From assembly GCA_951406725.2 (NCBI GenBank), contig OX597839.1:18042001-18106000 (forward strand): 64,000 nt of DNA. Direction: 5' to 3'. Source of the stretch: Octopus vulgaris (Eukaryota). Both the position numbers and the translations under genes were made by a program. Within the stretch, counting starts at the first letter, position 1. Each line of letters begins with the position of its first letter. The notes beneath the pieces are model-generated. The model saw only the letters and a list, made by a program, of their open reading frames with translations. It had not been told where the DNA came from and did not search any database. Shown in pieces: positions 39,669 to 52,835 of this stretch.

Positions 39669-40356
39669 GGATCTTTTCAGTTTGAACAGCAGTTTTTAAC
39701 ATAATTTCTAGGTAACTAAACACATTTAAACTTTGTATACGGGTAGAATGTGTTTATAAAACATCTTTTTCTCTTGGCTTTATTGAGAAAATTCTATAGT
39801 TTGTAAGATATTTGTTGTTGTTTTCCTTCAATTTCTGCAATTTCAACCAATCAGTGACGTCTATTGAATTAAAAAGCATTCTGTGCCGTATGAGTCCCTC
39901 GTTTAAGGAACAGATTGGGTTTATTTACAGATTGGGAAGATACCCTTCCCCCACCCCTAACCCTAAATCTAAAATAGATTGAAATGCAATAGATCGATAC
40001 TAGGGTCATAATTATGGGTGATAATTTCATATGACACCCATAATTATGACCCTAGTATCGATCTGTTGCATTTCAATCTATTTTAGATTTAGGGTTAGTT
40101 AGGGTTAGAGTTAGGGTTAGGGGTGGGGGAAAGGTATCTTTTTTTCTTCACAAATGTAAATAAACCCAATCTGTTTCTTAAAAGAGGGACATATTCATAC
40201 GGCACAGAATGCTTTCACCTCAATAGACGGTCATTGATTGGTTGAAATGTCGAAATGCAAGAAATTAAAGACGAAATATGTTACAAACTACAGAATTTTC
40301 TCAAGAAAGCCAAGAGAAAATGATGTTAAAAACTGCTGTTCAAACCGAAAAGATCC
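39669..40356. mobile_element. Fold-back non-autonomous DNA transposon (Merlin- or hAT-like) with 8-bp TSD
   Basis: Ends GGATCTTTTCAGTTTGAACAGCAGTTTTTAACAT / ATGTTAAAAACTGCTGTTCAAACCGAAAAGATCC; ACAGATCC duplicated at 39661-39668 and 40357-40364; the whole element is an imperfect palindrome. Confidence 0.8.
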
Positions 40357-41375
40357 ACAGATCCTCCCAAACTCAGACATTGGTGAGGTTCATGTTAACC
40401 CATTGTCTGTCCTGTGTATCACATGTGATATATGAGACATATTTCTTTGGTGTCTATGTCAATTACGTGAAGGTAGATGGTTCAGTGGTTAGAGCTTTGT
40501 GCTTACGATCGTGAGGTTGTGAGTTCGGATCCCAGACCAGGCTGCGTGTTGTATTGTGCTCAATAAGGTTATAATTATCAAAAACAAAAACAAAAAAAAT
40601 AAATGACAGTAACTACCAAACATAAAATTATAAAATCAAAACTTTTTTAAAATCTTAATTGAAAAAATCAGCTATTTAGCAAAAATTGTAAAATTTGGTA
40701 CAAATATTAAAAGAATGTGAATGAAATAAATAAAATTGCATATACAAGTAACATGTATCCAGTGGTATGTAATTACAGGAATTAATTACAAAAATTAATT
40801 AAGAATGTATTTTTTAATGTTATTTCTTGTTACTGTTTAGATTAACCAGTCAGGAAACATCCTGTAATAATATTTTGTTTCAGCTCAGTAATTTCATGCT
40901 CTGGTGACCTTTGTACTTTTTTTTTTTATACTTGTTTCAGTCATTTGACTGCGACCATGCTGGAGCACCGCCTTTAGTCGAGCAAATCGACCCCGGGACT
41001 TATTCTTTGTAAGCCCAGTACTTATTTTATCGGTCCCTTTTGCCGAACCACTAGGTGACGGGGAAGTAAACACACCAGCATCGGTTGTCAAGCAATGCTA
41101 GGGGGACAAACACAGACACACAAACAAATATATATATATATACATATATACGACGGGCTTCTTTTAGTTTCCGTCTACCAAATCCACTCACAAGGCATTG
41201 GTCGGTCCGGGGCTATAGCAGAAGACACTTGCCCAAGATGCCATGCAGTGGGACTGAACCCGGAACCATGTGGTTGGTTAGTAAGCTACTTACCACACGT
41301 TCATTTTTAGTTCAGACATCAGAGATTAGTGAAGAACTAGTCATATGTGTGTGTGTGTATATATATATATACATA

Positions 41376-41610
41376 AGGCGGCGAGCTAGCAGAAATGTTA
41401 GCACGCCGGGCGAAATGCTTAGCGGTATTTCGTCTGCCGTTACGTTCTGAGTTCAAATTCTGCCGAGGTCGACTTTGCCTTTCATCCTTTTGGGGTTGAT
41501 AAATTAAGAACCAGTTATGCACTGGGGTCGATGTAATCGACTTAATCCGTTTGTCTGTCCTTGTTCGTCCCCTCTGTGTTTAGCCCCTTGTGGGTAGTAA
41601 AGAAATAGGT
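41376..41610 (+). mobile_element. SINE family B with a Meta-like core domain (others near 12030-12430, 12892-13122 -, 34537-34770, 45650-45885, 48734-48960, 49241-49630 -, 62560-62775)
   Basis: GGCGGCGAGCT...GAGTTCAAATTC (B-box)...GCCTTTCATCCTTT(C/T)GGGGT(C/T)GATAAATTAAG; the core resembles the MetaSINE domain. Some copies have 13-20 bp TSDs. Confidence 0.85.
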
Positions 41611-42288
41611 ATTTCATCTGTCTTTATGTTCTGAGTTCAAATTCCACCGAGGTCGACTTTGCCTTTCATCCTTTTGGGGTCGATAAATTAAGAATCAGTT
41701 ACGCACTGGGGTCGATGTAATTGACTTAATCCCTTTGTCTGTCCTTGTTCGTCCCCTTGTGGGTAGTAAAGAAATAATATATATACATACACACACATCA
41801 TCATCATCATTTAACACCTGTTGTCCATGGGTTGGATGGTCTGACCAGGGCTGGTTAGCTGGAAGGCTGCACCAGACTCCAGTCTGATTTGGCATGGTTT
41901 TCTATGGCTGGATGCCCTCCTAATGGCAACCACTTTGAGAGTGTATTGGATGCTTTTACGTCCCACTAGCACGGGTACCATCTGCCACAACTGGAATTTT
42001 ACTGGGTCTTCTTCTGAAGCACGACATAATGCCAAAGGTCTCAGTCATATACACACACACATATATATATACATACACACACAAATTGAGGGACTGAAGA
42101 AGGTAAAATCCAGGCTACATATGTTTCCTGGCTAGCAGATCCTCTGATGTAATAATTACTTAATGAGGGGTGGTCACCTAGCTACTCTTCAAGCTATATG
42201 AAGATTACATTATCATTAAGGAATCCCAAGTTAACTCACCAAAGATATAATTTGAAAAAAAAAAAAATTATATTCATATATATTCATA

Positions 42289-42332
<44 letters not shown>

Positions 42333-43693
42333 CACAGGAGTGGCTGTGTAAGTAGCTTGCTTACCAACCACATGGTTCCAGGTTCAGTCCCACTGCATGG
42401 GCAAGTGTCTTCTACTATAGCCTTGGGCCGACCAAAGCCTTGTGAGTTGATTTGGTAGATGGAAAGTGAAAGAAACCTGTCATGTGTGAGTGTGTGTGTG
42501 TATGTGTGTGTGTATTTTTGTGTCTGTATTTGTCTCCCTAACATCACTTGACAACTGATGCTAGTGTGTTTATGTCCCCATGACTTAGAGACCGATAGAA
42601 TAAGTACTAGGTTTACAAAGAATAAGTCTTGAGGTTGATTTCAACTAAAGGCGGTGCTCCAGCATGGCCGCAGTCAAATGACTGAAACAAATAAAACAAA
42701 TGAAAGAAAAAAATAAGAATATATATATTTAAACACACACACATACACATGCCAATGTATAATATGTTAATTTCTAACCAATCCCAGATGCCTAAAGATG
42801 ATGAAGAATTTAAATCACCAGAGATCAACATTACTGAATTGAAACAAAATATCATTATTGGAATTTTTCTGACTCTTTAATCTAAACACTAGAAGTAAAT
42901 TATGTCATAAAATACATACTTAATTATTTCTGTAATTAATTCCTGAAACTGTATACCACTGGACTGGATACATTTTACTTGCTTATAAAATTACATTTAA
43001 ATCTTTCATGTTTTAAGAAATTTCTACTAAATTTTATATTTGCTAATTTGTTCAGAGAGAAAACAATTTTTAATTTGATTTTATAATTTCATGTTTGGAT
43101 AATTATCAAGAACTAAAGAAGAAAACAATAGCTGTTTCTTCTGTTTTGTTTAGTTTTTGATCAGTGTAATATTGATTTCAAGTTTTGGCACAAGGCCAGC
43201 AATTTTGGGGAAGGGACTAGGTTCATTATTACATTGGCCCCAGTACTAAACTGGTATCTGTTTCATCAACACAAAAGAGTGAAAGGCAAAGTAAACCTCA
43301 GCAGAAATTGAATTCAGAAAGTTCAGATGGACAAAATGATGCATACTGACAATTCTGCATGCTTGCTACATTTTTGTAAAGTATAATACTGGTCTCAAAT
43401 TTTAGTAGAAGGCCAGTAATTTCGGTGGAGGGACCAAATGGATTACATTGACCCCAGTGCTGTTCAACTGGTACTTATTTTACTAACCCTGAAAGTATGA
43501 AAGATAAAATCAACTGCAGCAGAATTTAAGCTCAAAATGTAAAGCCAGACAAAATGTGATGGTGGGGGGACAAACACAAACACACAAGCATATATATATA
43601 TACCCCATGGTGCGATATGAACATTTAACGTGGTTTTATAGTCAGAGTTTCGACTGCTACTTCGGCATGTTGGTGTCTTTTAGACACCCTCAT

Positions 43694-43755
<62 letters not shown>

Positions 43756-46041
43756 GGAGAGATACATACACACACAATGGACTTCTTTCAGTTTCCATCT
43801 ACCAAATCCACTCACAAGGCTTTGGTCTGCCCAAGGCTGTAGTAGAAGACACTTAAGCAAGGTGCCACGCAGTGGGACTGAACCCAGAATCGTGTGGTTG
43901 GTAAGCAAGCTACTTAGCACATAGCCACTCCTGCAACTATATATATATAGACTTCTTTCAGTTTCCATCTACCAAAACCACTCACAAGGCTTTGGTCGGC
44001 CTGAGGCTATAGTAGAAGACACTTACCCAAGGTGCCACGCAATGGGAGCGAACCTAGAACCCAGTGAGTTAACTTGGGATTCCTTAACGACAACGTGACA
44101 GTCATATAATTAAGGTATCTTCGACCTGAGTAGCTAGCTGAGTACCCCTCACTGAATAATTATTACATCAGAGGATGTAATAATACCACTAAGCATTTTA
44201 CTTGACGTACTAGTAATTCTGCCAGCTCACCACCTTGTTAATAAGTATTTAGCAATATGTATGAATGTGGTTGTATGGATTGTGGTTTAAGGTCTGATAT
44301 ATTATGTGCTCTGTTAAATGAAGTTAGGATGGATATTAATAAACAAATTTAGAGACAAGTTGCAATTGACCACATAGAAATAGTTATTACTATTGTTAAA
44401 ATTAGATACAGCAAACTGGTAGGACATTAATAACTGTTGATACAATGCGTAGTTTTAAATTCTCATAAAAATGAAGATAAGTGAGAAAAACCTGAAGCAT
44501 AACATCATAAAATTTCTGGCTACAATTCTATTTAAATGTTGGTAAGTCACAAAGCAGAATGTCAAGGATGCTGGTTAAAATTACATTCAAGCAGCATGAA
44601 ATCAAACTGTTCTCACATCAAAGATCCAAGGTTGCTCATAGCAAAATTCACCTCCCTCAATTCAATGGGCCAAAATGCTCCCAATTTATAACTGATACAG
44701 ACACTAGGCTATTCCATCATGTTAAGGGGTGGACAATCCAAATAAAATTAAATGAACCAAACTGTCATGTGGTGAACCAAAATGGATAGCTAAAAATAAA
44801 AAAACCACAATACGGGCAGCTAAAGTTAAAGAGCTATCATGCTTCCACTATACGTATAATACTATCAACAGTTTCAAATTTCAGTAGGAGACAAATTTAT
44901 TACATTGACCCCAGTGCTCAAATGGTACCTATTTTATCGACCTGATAGGACAAAAGGTAACCCTAACCCTAATCCTAGTAGAATTTGAACTCAGAATATA
45001 AAGACAGACAAAATGCTGCTAAGCAAATTTGCCCAGCATGCTAGTGGTTCTGCCAGCTTGTTGCCTCTTTGATAAATGTAACACTGAGATCAAATCCTTT
45101 GAAGGTCAACTTTACTTTTCATTGTTAGGGGGTTGATCTTCCAAAATTTCACTCACAAGGTATTGTCGACATGATTCAACTGAAGTTTTCATCATTTAAC
45201 ATCCACAGCTGCAAGATTGAAGCCTGGTGCAGCCATCTGGTTTGCCAGCCCTCAGTCAAATCGTCCAGCCCATGCTAGCATGGAAAGCGGATGTTAGACG
45301 ATGATGATGATGATGATGATGATTTCCCATGTTTGCATGAGTTAAATGGAATTTGTTGAAACAGATTTGCTACAGCTGGATGCCCTTTCGGTTGCCAACC
45401 TTCATCTGTTTCCAAGCAACGTAATATTCCCCACTTAGTTGGGATGTTTTCATGGAAGACTGGAAACAAACAACCTCGCTGGTGTGACAAGGACACTCAT
45501 TTACAGTCATTTCATCATGTCTAGACAAGGCAACACATGAAGACACACACACACACTCACACAAACACATGTACACACACACATACACAAACTTCTTTCA
45601 GTTTCCATCCACCAAATCCACTCATAAGACTTTGGTCAGCTAGGTACTAAAGGCGGCAAGCTGGCAGAATCGTTAGCACGCCGGGCGAAATGCTTAGCAG
45701 TATTTCGTCTGCCGCTATGTTCTGAGTTCAAATTCTGCCGAGGTCGACTTTGCCTTTTATCCTTTCGGGGTTGATAAATTAAGTACCAGTAACGCACTGG
45801 GGTCGATGTAATCGACTTAATCCGTTTGTCTGTTCTTGTTTGTCCCCTCTGTGTTTAGCTCCTTGTGGGTAGTAAAGAAATAGGTGCTAGAGGCTACAGT
45901 TGAAAACACTTGCCTGAGGCTATAGCATGCCCAAGGTGTCACACTGGAACTGAACCCAGGACAATGTGTTTGAGAAGCAAGCTTCTTACCACACATCCAC
46001 ACCCGTGTGTATATGTATATATATGTATATGTATATATATA

Positions 46042-46223
<182 letters not shown>

Positions 46224-46947
46224 TATATTATACATATATGTGATGGTCTTCTTTCAGTTTCCATCTACCAAATCCACTTGCAAGACTTTGGTCAGCCAAG
46301 TGCTAGAGGCTACAGTTGGAGACAACTGCACAAGGCTACAGCAGAAGACACTTGCCCAAGGTTCCACACAGTGGGATTGAACCCAGAACCATGTGGTTGA
46401 GAAGCAACCTTCTTACCACACAGCTATGCCTGGTTCACATCTATTGTATAATATGTCTGTAATATACGCAAGCTTGCACACATTAACACAACAGGATATG
46501 CACACACCCATTACACAATATCCCCACACCTACTGCATAACATTAACATACATACACAAGCTTGCATTGTGTTTTAGATTTTACAGTAACTTGACACACT
46601 TACTTTGCTTGTGTTTTTAGATGTGATACATTGTTGGAACAATACAGAGATGATGGTAATGATGATGATGATGATGAGGATGACAATGATGATGATTGTT
46701 ATTATTATTAAAGTGGCAAGCTGGCAGAATTGTTAGCACACTGGACGAAATGCTTAGTGGTATTTCACCCATCGCTATGTTCTGAGTTCAAATTCCGCTA
46801 AGGTCGTTTTTGTTTTTCATCCTTTCAGGGTTGATAAATTAAGTACCAGTGAAACACTGGGGATGACGTAATTGACTGCCCCCCCCCCCACCAACATCCA
46901 AAATTCAGGCCCTGTGCCTATAGTAGAAAGGATTATTATTATTGTTA

Positions 46948-46983
<36 letters not shown>

Positions 46984-47313
46984 GGGCAGAAGGCTAGCTG
47001 AACAGTCAACATGCCAGGCAAAATGCTTAGCAGTGTTTTCATCCCTCTTCACGTGAGTTCAAATTCCATCAAGCTCAACTTTGCCTTTCATCCTTTTGGG
47101 GTCAGTAAATTAAGTACCAGTAAGGTACCAATAAATTAAGGACCAGTGAAACACTGGCATCAATATAATCAACTAGTCCCCTCCCCACAAATTTCAGGCC
47201 TTGTGACTTTAACAAAGAGTCAATGATGTGAGTACCAGTTGATGTAAATGTCTAGCACCCTACCGCAAAATTTCATGCCTTGAGCCTATTGCTGAAAGTA
47301 TTATTATCATTAA

Positions 47314-47534
47314 CCCTTTCGTTACTGTATTTATTTTGAGATGCTCTGTGTTTCTTTCAATTATTTTAAATATAACAAAAAATTTAGTAAAATAACTTAG
47401 TTATCATTAAACAAGTGTTAGGAACATAAATTGCGACTAAGGTTTGGTGGAAGATTTTAATGCAAAACTTATGAAAACAAGACATTTGTACTACAGAGCC
47501 AGAGCCGGTTTTGGCCGGGTTGGTAACGAAAGGG
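47314..47534. mobile_element. piggyBac-like MITE; second copy at about 36538-36748 nested in the DD37D element
   Basis: TIR CCCTTTCGTTAC / GTAACGAAAGGG with TTAA on both sides. Confidence 0.85.
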
Positions 47535-48100
47535 TTAATATTATTTTTGTTATTATTGAGTGAGAGAGCAGTGCATGCCATCAAAATGACAAGCAGGTAC
47601 AAATATATGAAACCCAATAGACCCATCATGACCACTCATCTGATAAAGGTACACCAGGCACATGCATCACAACCATATGTGCGCGCTATGGTGATTTCAT
47701 ATCAAGATAAACAGCACATGACATTGCAGGTGGAGCCCAGTTAAAATTTTCTTCAGGTTAAGTAGCCCATCTGGCTCAAAAGGCCCCTGAATAAGGATTA
47801 TTTAAAGATGATGAACAAAACACCCATGTTTCCAGAGGTGAATTATTCAAATCCCTAAGAATCCTCTCAACACATGGCTGTGATACTCCTCCACAGAGAT
47901 GCACATATTGTCATCCCCTAAGGGACATACTCAAGGGACAAGCAAATCTGTAGCATTGAGGAGAATATTTGCTGTAGCCCATCTTTTGCATCAAGACAAA
48001 ATGTACATGATAACACTTCTAATCAGTTAAGACCAGAAGCCATGAGAGCCACTGCCTGACAGGCATCAGAGCATTATCATTATTTATTATTATTATAATG

Positions 48101-48137
<37 letters not shown>

Positions 48138-48439
48138 TTGTTGTTTTGTTATTATTTACTGTGAACAGATACTACTGACATAGCAGGATGTCATTTGCTC
48201 AAGGCCACATTCCCACATTGTCATTATTTAATTATTTAAATTTCTACTGTTGATATGAAATAAATGGGTCGTCTCCCCACCCCACCACCACGCCCATCAT
48301 CCCCTCCCCCACCCTGCAGATTGCTTCTTTTAATTCTGCTGAACCATATCTCTCTTTGTTGTTGTTGTTGTTGTTGGTGGTGGTGTTGTTCTTGTTTTAC
48401 AGACCACTAACAAAACAAGCCCTCGGGTCATTTCTCAGC

Positions 48440-49940
48440 CCAGCCACTCTATTCCACCTTGGTCATTATATCAAACCTGTTTTGTCTCACATTACCATAT
48501 CAATAACAGTAGGGTGAGTGTGCAAACAAAGGACCCTTTTGTGTAGTCATTTTGCCTGATTTAAATAACAGCCAAATCTCCTTCAAATTACATACTTTTG
48601 CCTTTAAAAAAATTAAGAAGACCAGGACAAATTGCTCTCTATTCCACCTTGATATTTTTATCAAACCTGTGTTGGCTGTCATTGCCATATAACTAAAGAT
48701 AGAGTGAACCAACACAAACCTTTTGTGTAGTCAGCAAGCTGGCAGAATTGGTAACACGCCAGGTGAAATGCTTAGCTGTATTTCGTCTGGCACTACGTTC
48801 TGAGTTCAAATTCCACCGAGGTCGACTTTGCCTTTCATCCTTTCGGGGTCGATAAATTAAGTACCAGTTACGCACTGGAGTCAATGTAATCGACTTAATC
48901 CCTTTGTCTGTCCTTGTTTGTCCCCTCTGTGTTTAGCCCCTTGTGGGCAATAAAGAAATAACAAACCTTTTGTGTAGTCATTTGGATTGATTTAAATCAC
49001 ATGTTTTTGCCTTAGAAGAAAGAAGGCAAGGATACATCACTCTCCATTCCACTTCAATATTTTTATTAAACCTGTATTGATTCTCATTGCCATACAACTA
49101 AAGATAGGGTAAGTGAGCCAGCACAGAAACTCAAATCACATTTTTTTTACCTTAGAAAAAACAGAAGGCAAGGGGACATTGCTCCCCATTTCCCCTTGAT
49201 GTTTTTATTAAACCTGTGTTGGCTCCCTTTACCATATATATATTTCTTTACTACCCACAAGGGGCTAAACACAGAGGGGACAAATAAGGATAGACAAACA
49301 GATTAAGTTGTTTACATCGACCCCAGTGCGTAACTGGTACTTAATTTATTGACCCCGAAAGGATGAAAGGCAAAGTCGACCTCGGTGGAATTTGAACTCA
49401 GAACGTAGTGCCAGACGGGCCTGATGAAGCCTTCTGGCTTCAGACCCCAGTAGAACCGTCCAACCCATGCTAGCATGGAAAACGGACGCTAAACGATGAT
49501 GATGATGATGATGATGAAAGGATGAAAGGCGAAGTCGACCTCGGCAGAATTTGAACTCAGAATGTAACAGCAGACGAAATACGGCTACGCATTTCAGCCG
49601 GCGTGCTAATGTTTCTGCCAGCTCACCGCCTTTACCATATAACTAATGATAGCTAATGTGGGCGCTTTCTTATGTAGTCATTTGGCATGACTTGAATAGC
49701 AGCCAAATCTCCTTGAAATCACATTGTTTTGCCTTAAAAACGAGAAGACTGGGACATAATGTTTTCCATTCCACCTCGGTGTTTTTATGAAACCTGTCTC
49801 TGTTCTCGTTAACATATAACTAAAGATAGGGTGAGTGAGCCAACACAGGAAACTTTTTGTATAGTTACATGGCCTGATTTAAATATCAGCCAAATCTCCT
49901 CCAAGTCACATTTTTTTTTGCCTTAGAAAGGCCTTAAAAG
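48440..49940. repeat. Degenerate ~190-bp tandem array interrupted by SINE insertions
   Basis: Recurrent ATTCCACCTTG..AAACCTGT..CCATATAACTAAAGATAGGGTGAGTG..GTGTAGTCATTTGG..CAGCCAAATCTCC, about 6 copies. Confidence 0.75.
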
Positions 49941-51005
49941 GCCAGGAGACATTCAAGAATGCAGTCCTAGGCATGCTATTCATTAAACAACAGAACAAAA
50001 ATGTAGTGGGCACAACTGGGCTGCTTTTAATGTTAGACCTGCTCAACCAAGGCTAAGTAACAATGTGCAAGCTTCTACATGGTTGCTTGATCTACTACAA
50101 ATAACAGCCAAGTCTTCTTAAAACTATGCCTTATCAGTTAAAATATCTATTTATATATTTCATTAATATATTTGCAAAAAAGAATACATGTGTATGTGTG
50201 TGCGTTTGCGTATGTGTGTGTGTGTACATATATATATATATATACGTGTGTGTATTAGGTATATATATATGTGTGTGTGTGCATGTATATATGTATATGT
50301 ATATACATATATGTGTGTATATATATGTATATAAGTGTATATATGTATATATATATGTGTGTGTGTGTGTGTGAATATATATGTGTGTGTATGTGTGTGT
50401 GTGTATCTCAGTGTGCTTGTCAACCGATGTTGGTGTGTTTATGTCCCTGTAACTTAGCAGTTTGGCAAATGAGTCCGATAGAATAAGTACCAGACTTAAC
50501 AAAAAATAAGTACTGGGGTTAATTCATTCAATTCTTCAAGGTGTTGCCCCAGCATGGCCACTGAGAAATGACTGAAACAAGCAAAATGTAAAAGATATTA
50601 CATACTTGATATAAGCAGAGCCATTTTTGGTTTAGGAGTTTGCTTTTCAACCATGTGATTCCAGGTTCAATACTACAGCATGGTATCTGGTGCAAAGGTC
50701 TTCTAACAAATACTCAGCAGAAGACACTTGCTCAAGGTGCCACGCAGTGGGTCAGAACCTGAAATCACGTGGTTGCAAAGAAACTTTCTTAACCACACTA
50801 GTCATGTCTGTACGTATGAAAAAAAAAATATGGAACACTTCACAAATTTACATGTCATTCTTACCCATGCGTAGGAGTGGCTGTGTGGAAGTAGCTTGCT
50901 TACCAACCACATGGTTCCGGGTTCAGTCCCACTGCGCGGCACCTCGGGCCGACCAAAGCCTTGTGAGTGGATTTGGCAGGTGGAAACTGAAAGAAGCCTG
51001 TCGTA

Positions 51006-51054
<49 letters not shown>

Positions 51055-52835
51055 ATGTATGTATGTGTGTGTGTATATGTTTGTGTCTGTGTTTGTCCCC
51101 CCAACATCGCTTGACAATGCTGGTGTGTTTACATCCCTGTAACTTAGCGGTTCGGCAATACAGACCGATGGAATAAGTACTAGGCTTACAAACAATAAGT
51201 CCTGGGGTCGATTTGCTCGACTAAAAAGGCGGTGCTCCAGCATGGCCACAGTCAAATGACTGAAACTAGTAAAAGAGAGTATGCCCTATTTAAAAAAAAG
51301 ATATTTTCCAACATTTTAATCACATTTTTCTTATACAGAATTAAAGAGTGATTAATTATGGGAATGATTAGCAACTTTTGTGTGTCAGTGTAATCATAAA
51401 GAGTAATTTTACTGAGGCGCTTTCTATTTTTTATCTCTTTTTTTTTGCTTTTGGTCATCGGTCTTTGAACAAGAACCTGTTAGGTCGGTTACATCTTTGC
51501 TGTGTAAATCTTTGAATGCTTTGAACACACCTATGACATGATAAGAGTGCTTGAGGATTATGTTGAAGCTACAAGTATTTTCTCTTTTATCTTTTACTCG
51601 TTTCAGTCATCAGGCTATGGCCATGCTGGGGCACCACCTAGAAGAATTTTAGTTAAATGAATCAACCCCAATACTTATATTTTTCAAGCTTCATACTTAC
51701 TTAAATGGTCTGTTTTGGTGAGCCCCATTAAGTGACAGGGATGTAAACACACCAACACTGATGGTCAAGCAATGGTGGGAGACAAACACAGACACACACA
51801 CACACACATACATAGATATACATGTACTTATATATCTCTTATTATAAAAGGCAGATTTTATCTGCCTCCCTTTGTCTCTTATAGAAATCTACAATATAGG
51901 ATTTCTTCAATTACAATTTACCTAGCATTTTTAAGAGTAGAATGCATCGGGTCTTGCCAGGTAGAGTTTTTCAAATTTCAACCCCAATTAAGCAAAATTT
52001 CGAGAAAACTCACATTGTGGTGTGTAACTGAAGTGCTTTTCTTAGTGTGGGCTACAGCACACACACACACACACACAAACGGAGCAAAATGCTTCACTCA
52101 TTCTATCACCCTAATTTCTCCTCCTTTCTCTTTGCAAGTGTGCAACGATTAAAGTGAAAGTATTTATATAAAACGGATCACTCATGCTATCACCATAATT
52201 TCTCCCACTTTCTCTTTGTAAGTGTACCTTACAACACTACTCAAAAACAAAAAAAAACCCAGCAAACAGAAACAAATAAATACATAACGATTTACTCCTC
52301 ACACAATTTCTTCAATTACAGTTTACCTATGATTTTTCAAAGTACTTCCATTCGGTCATGGCATACAAAATTTCTTTCAATTTCACCCCCAATTAAGACA
52401 AAATTCGAGAAAACTCAATATTTTAACATTTCACTTCGAAGCCTTTACTCTGCATATAACTCCCACTTCCTCTTTACACACATAGACACGCAAATATATA
52501 AATAAAATTGTAAGCTAATGTGTGTGCGTGTGTGAGTGTGTGTGTGTGTGCATGTGTGTGTGTGAGGGTGCGTGTGTGTGTGTGTGACAGGGATGACCCA
52601 TTCAGACTGGTCATCCTTTTTGCTAGAAGAAGATCACCTATGCTACACCACTGGTTTTCAGTTCATATTCATCAAATTAATATTCACAACAAGAAGGACT
52701 ATTCATTATTATACATCAGTTTCACACATTTACCCTGGTTCCATTTCGGACAACTGCACAAACATTTGCCATTTCACACATGTATGTAAACAAATTCCTT
52801 TCTTAAAAATTTCAATTCATTTTCTTCTTCAATTC

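Noticed and set aside
40090-40123. Telomere or interstitial telomeric array
   Set aside because: Only a few degenerate TTAGGG units, internal to a MITE.
43600-43700. Short insert between TA tracts with GTCGAAACTCTGAC on the minus strand
   Set aside because: No CUGANGA and no UH cleavage triplet, so there is not enough to call a ribozyme.
49418-49445. CTGATGA AGCC TTCT GGCT hammerhead-like start
   Set aside because: No GAAA or stem III follows; it is a mutated SINE family C segment (CCTGGTGCAGCCTTCTGGCTT).
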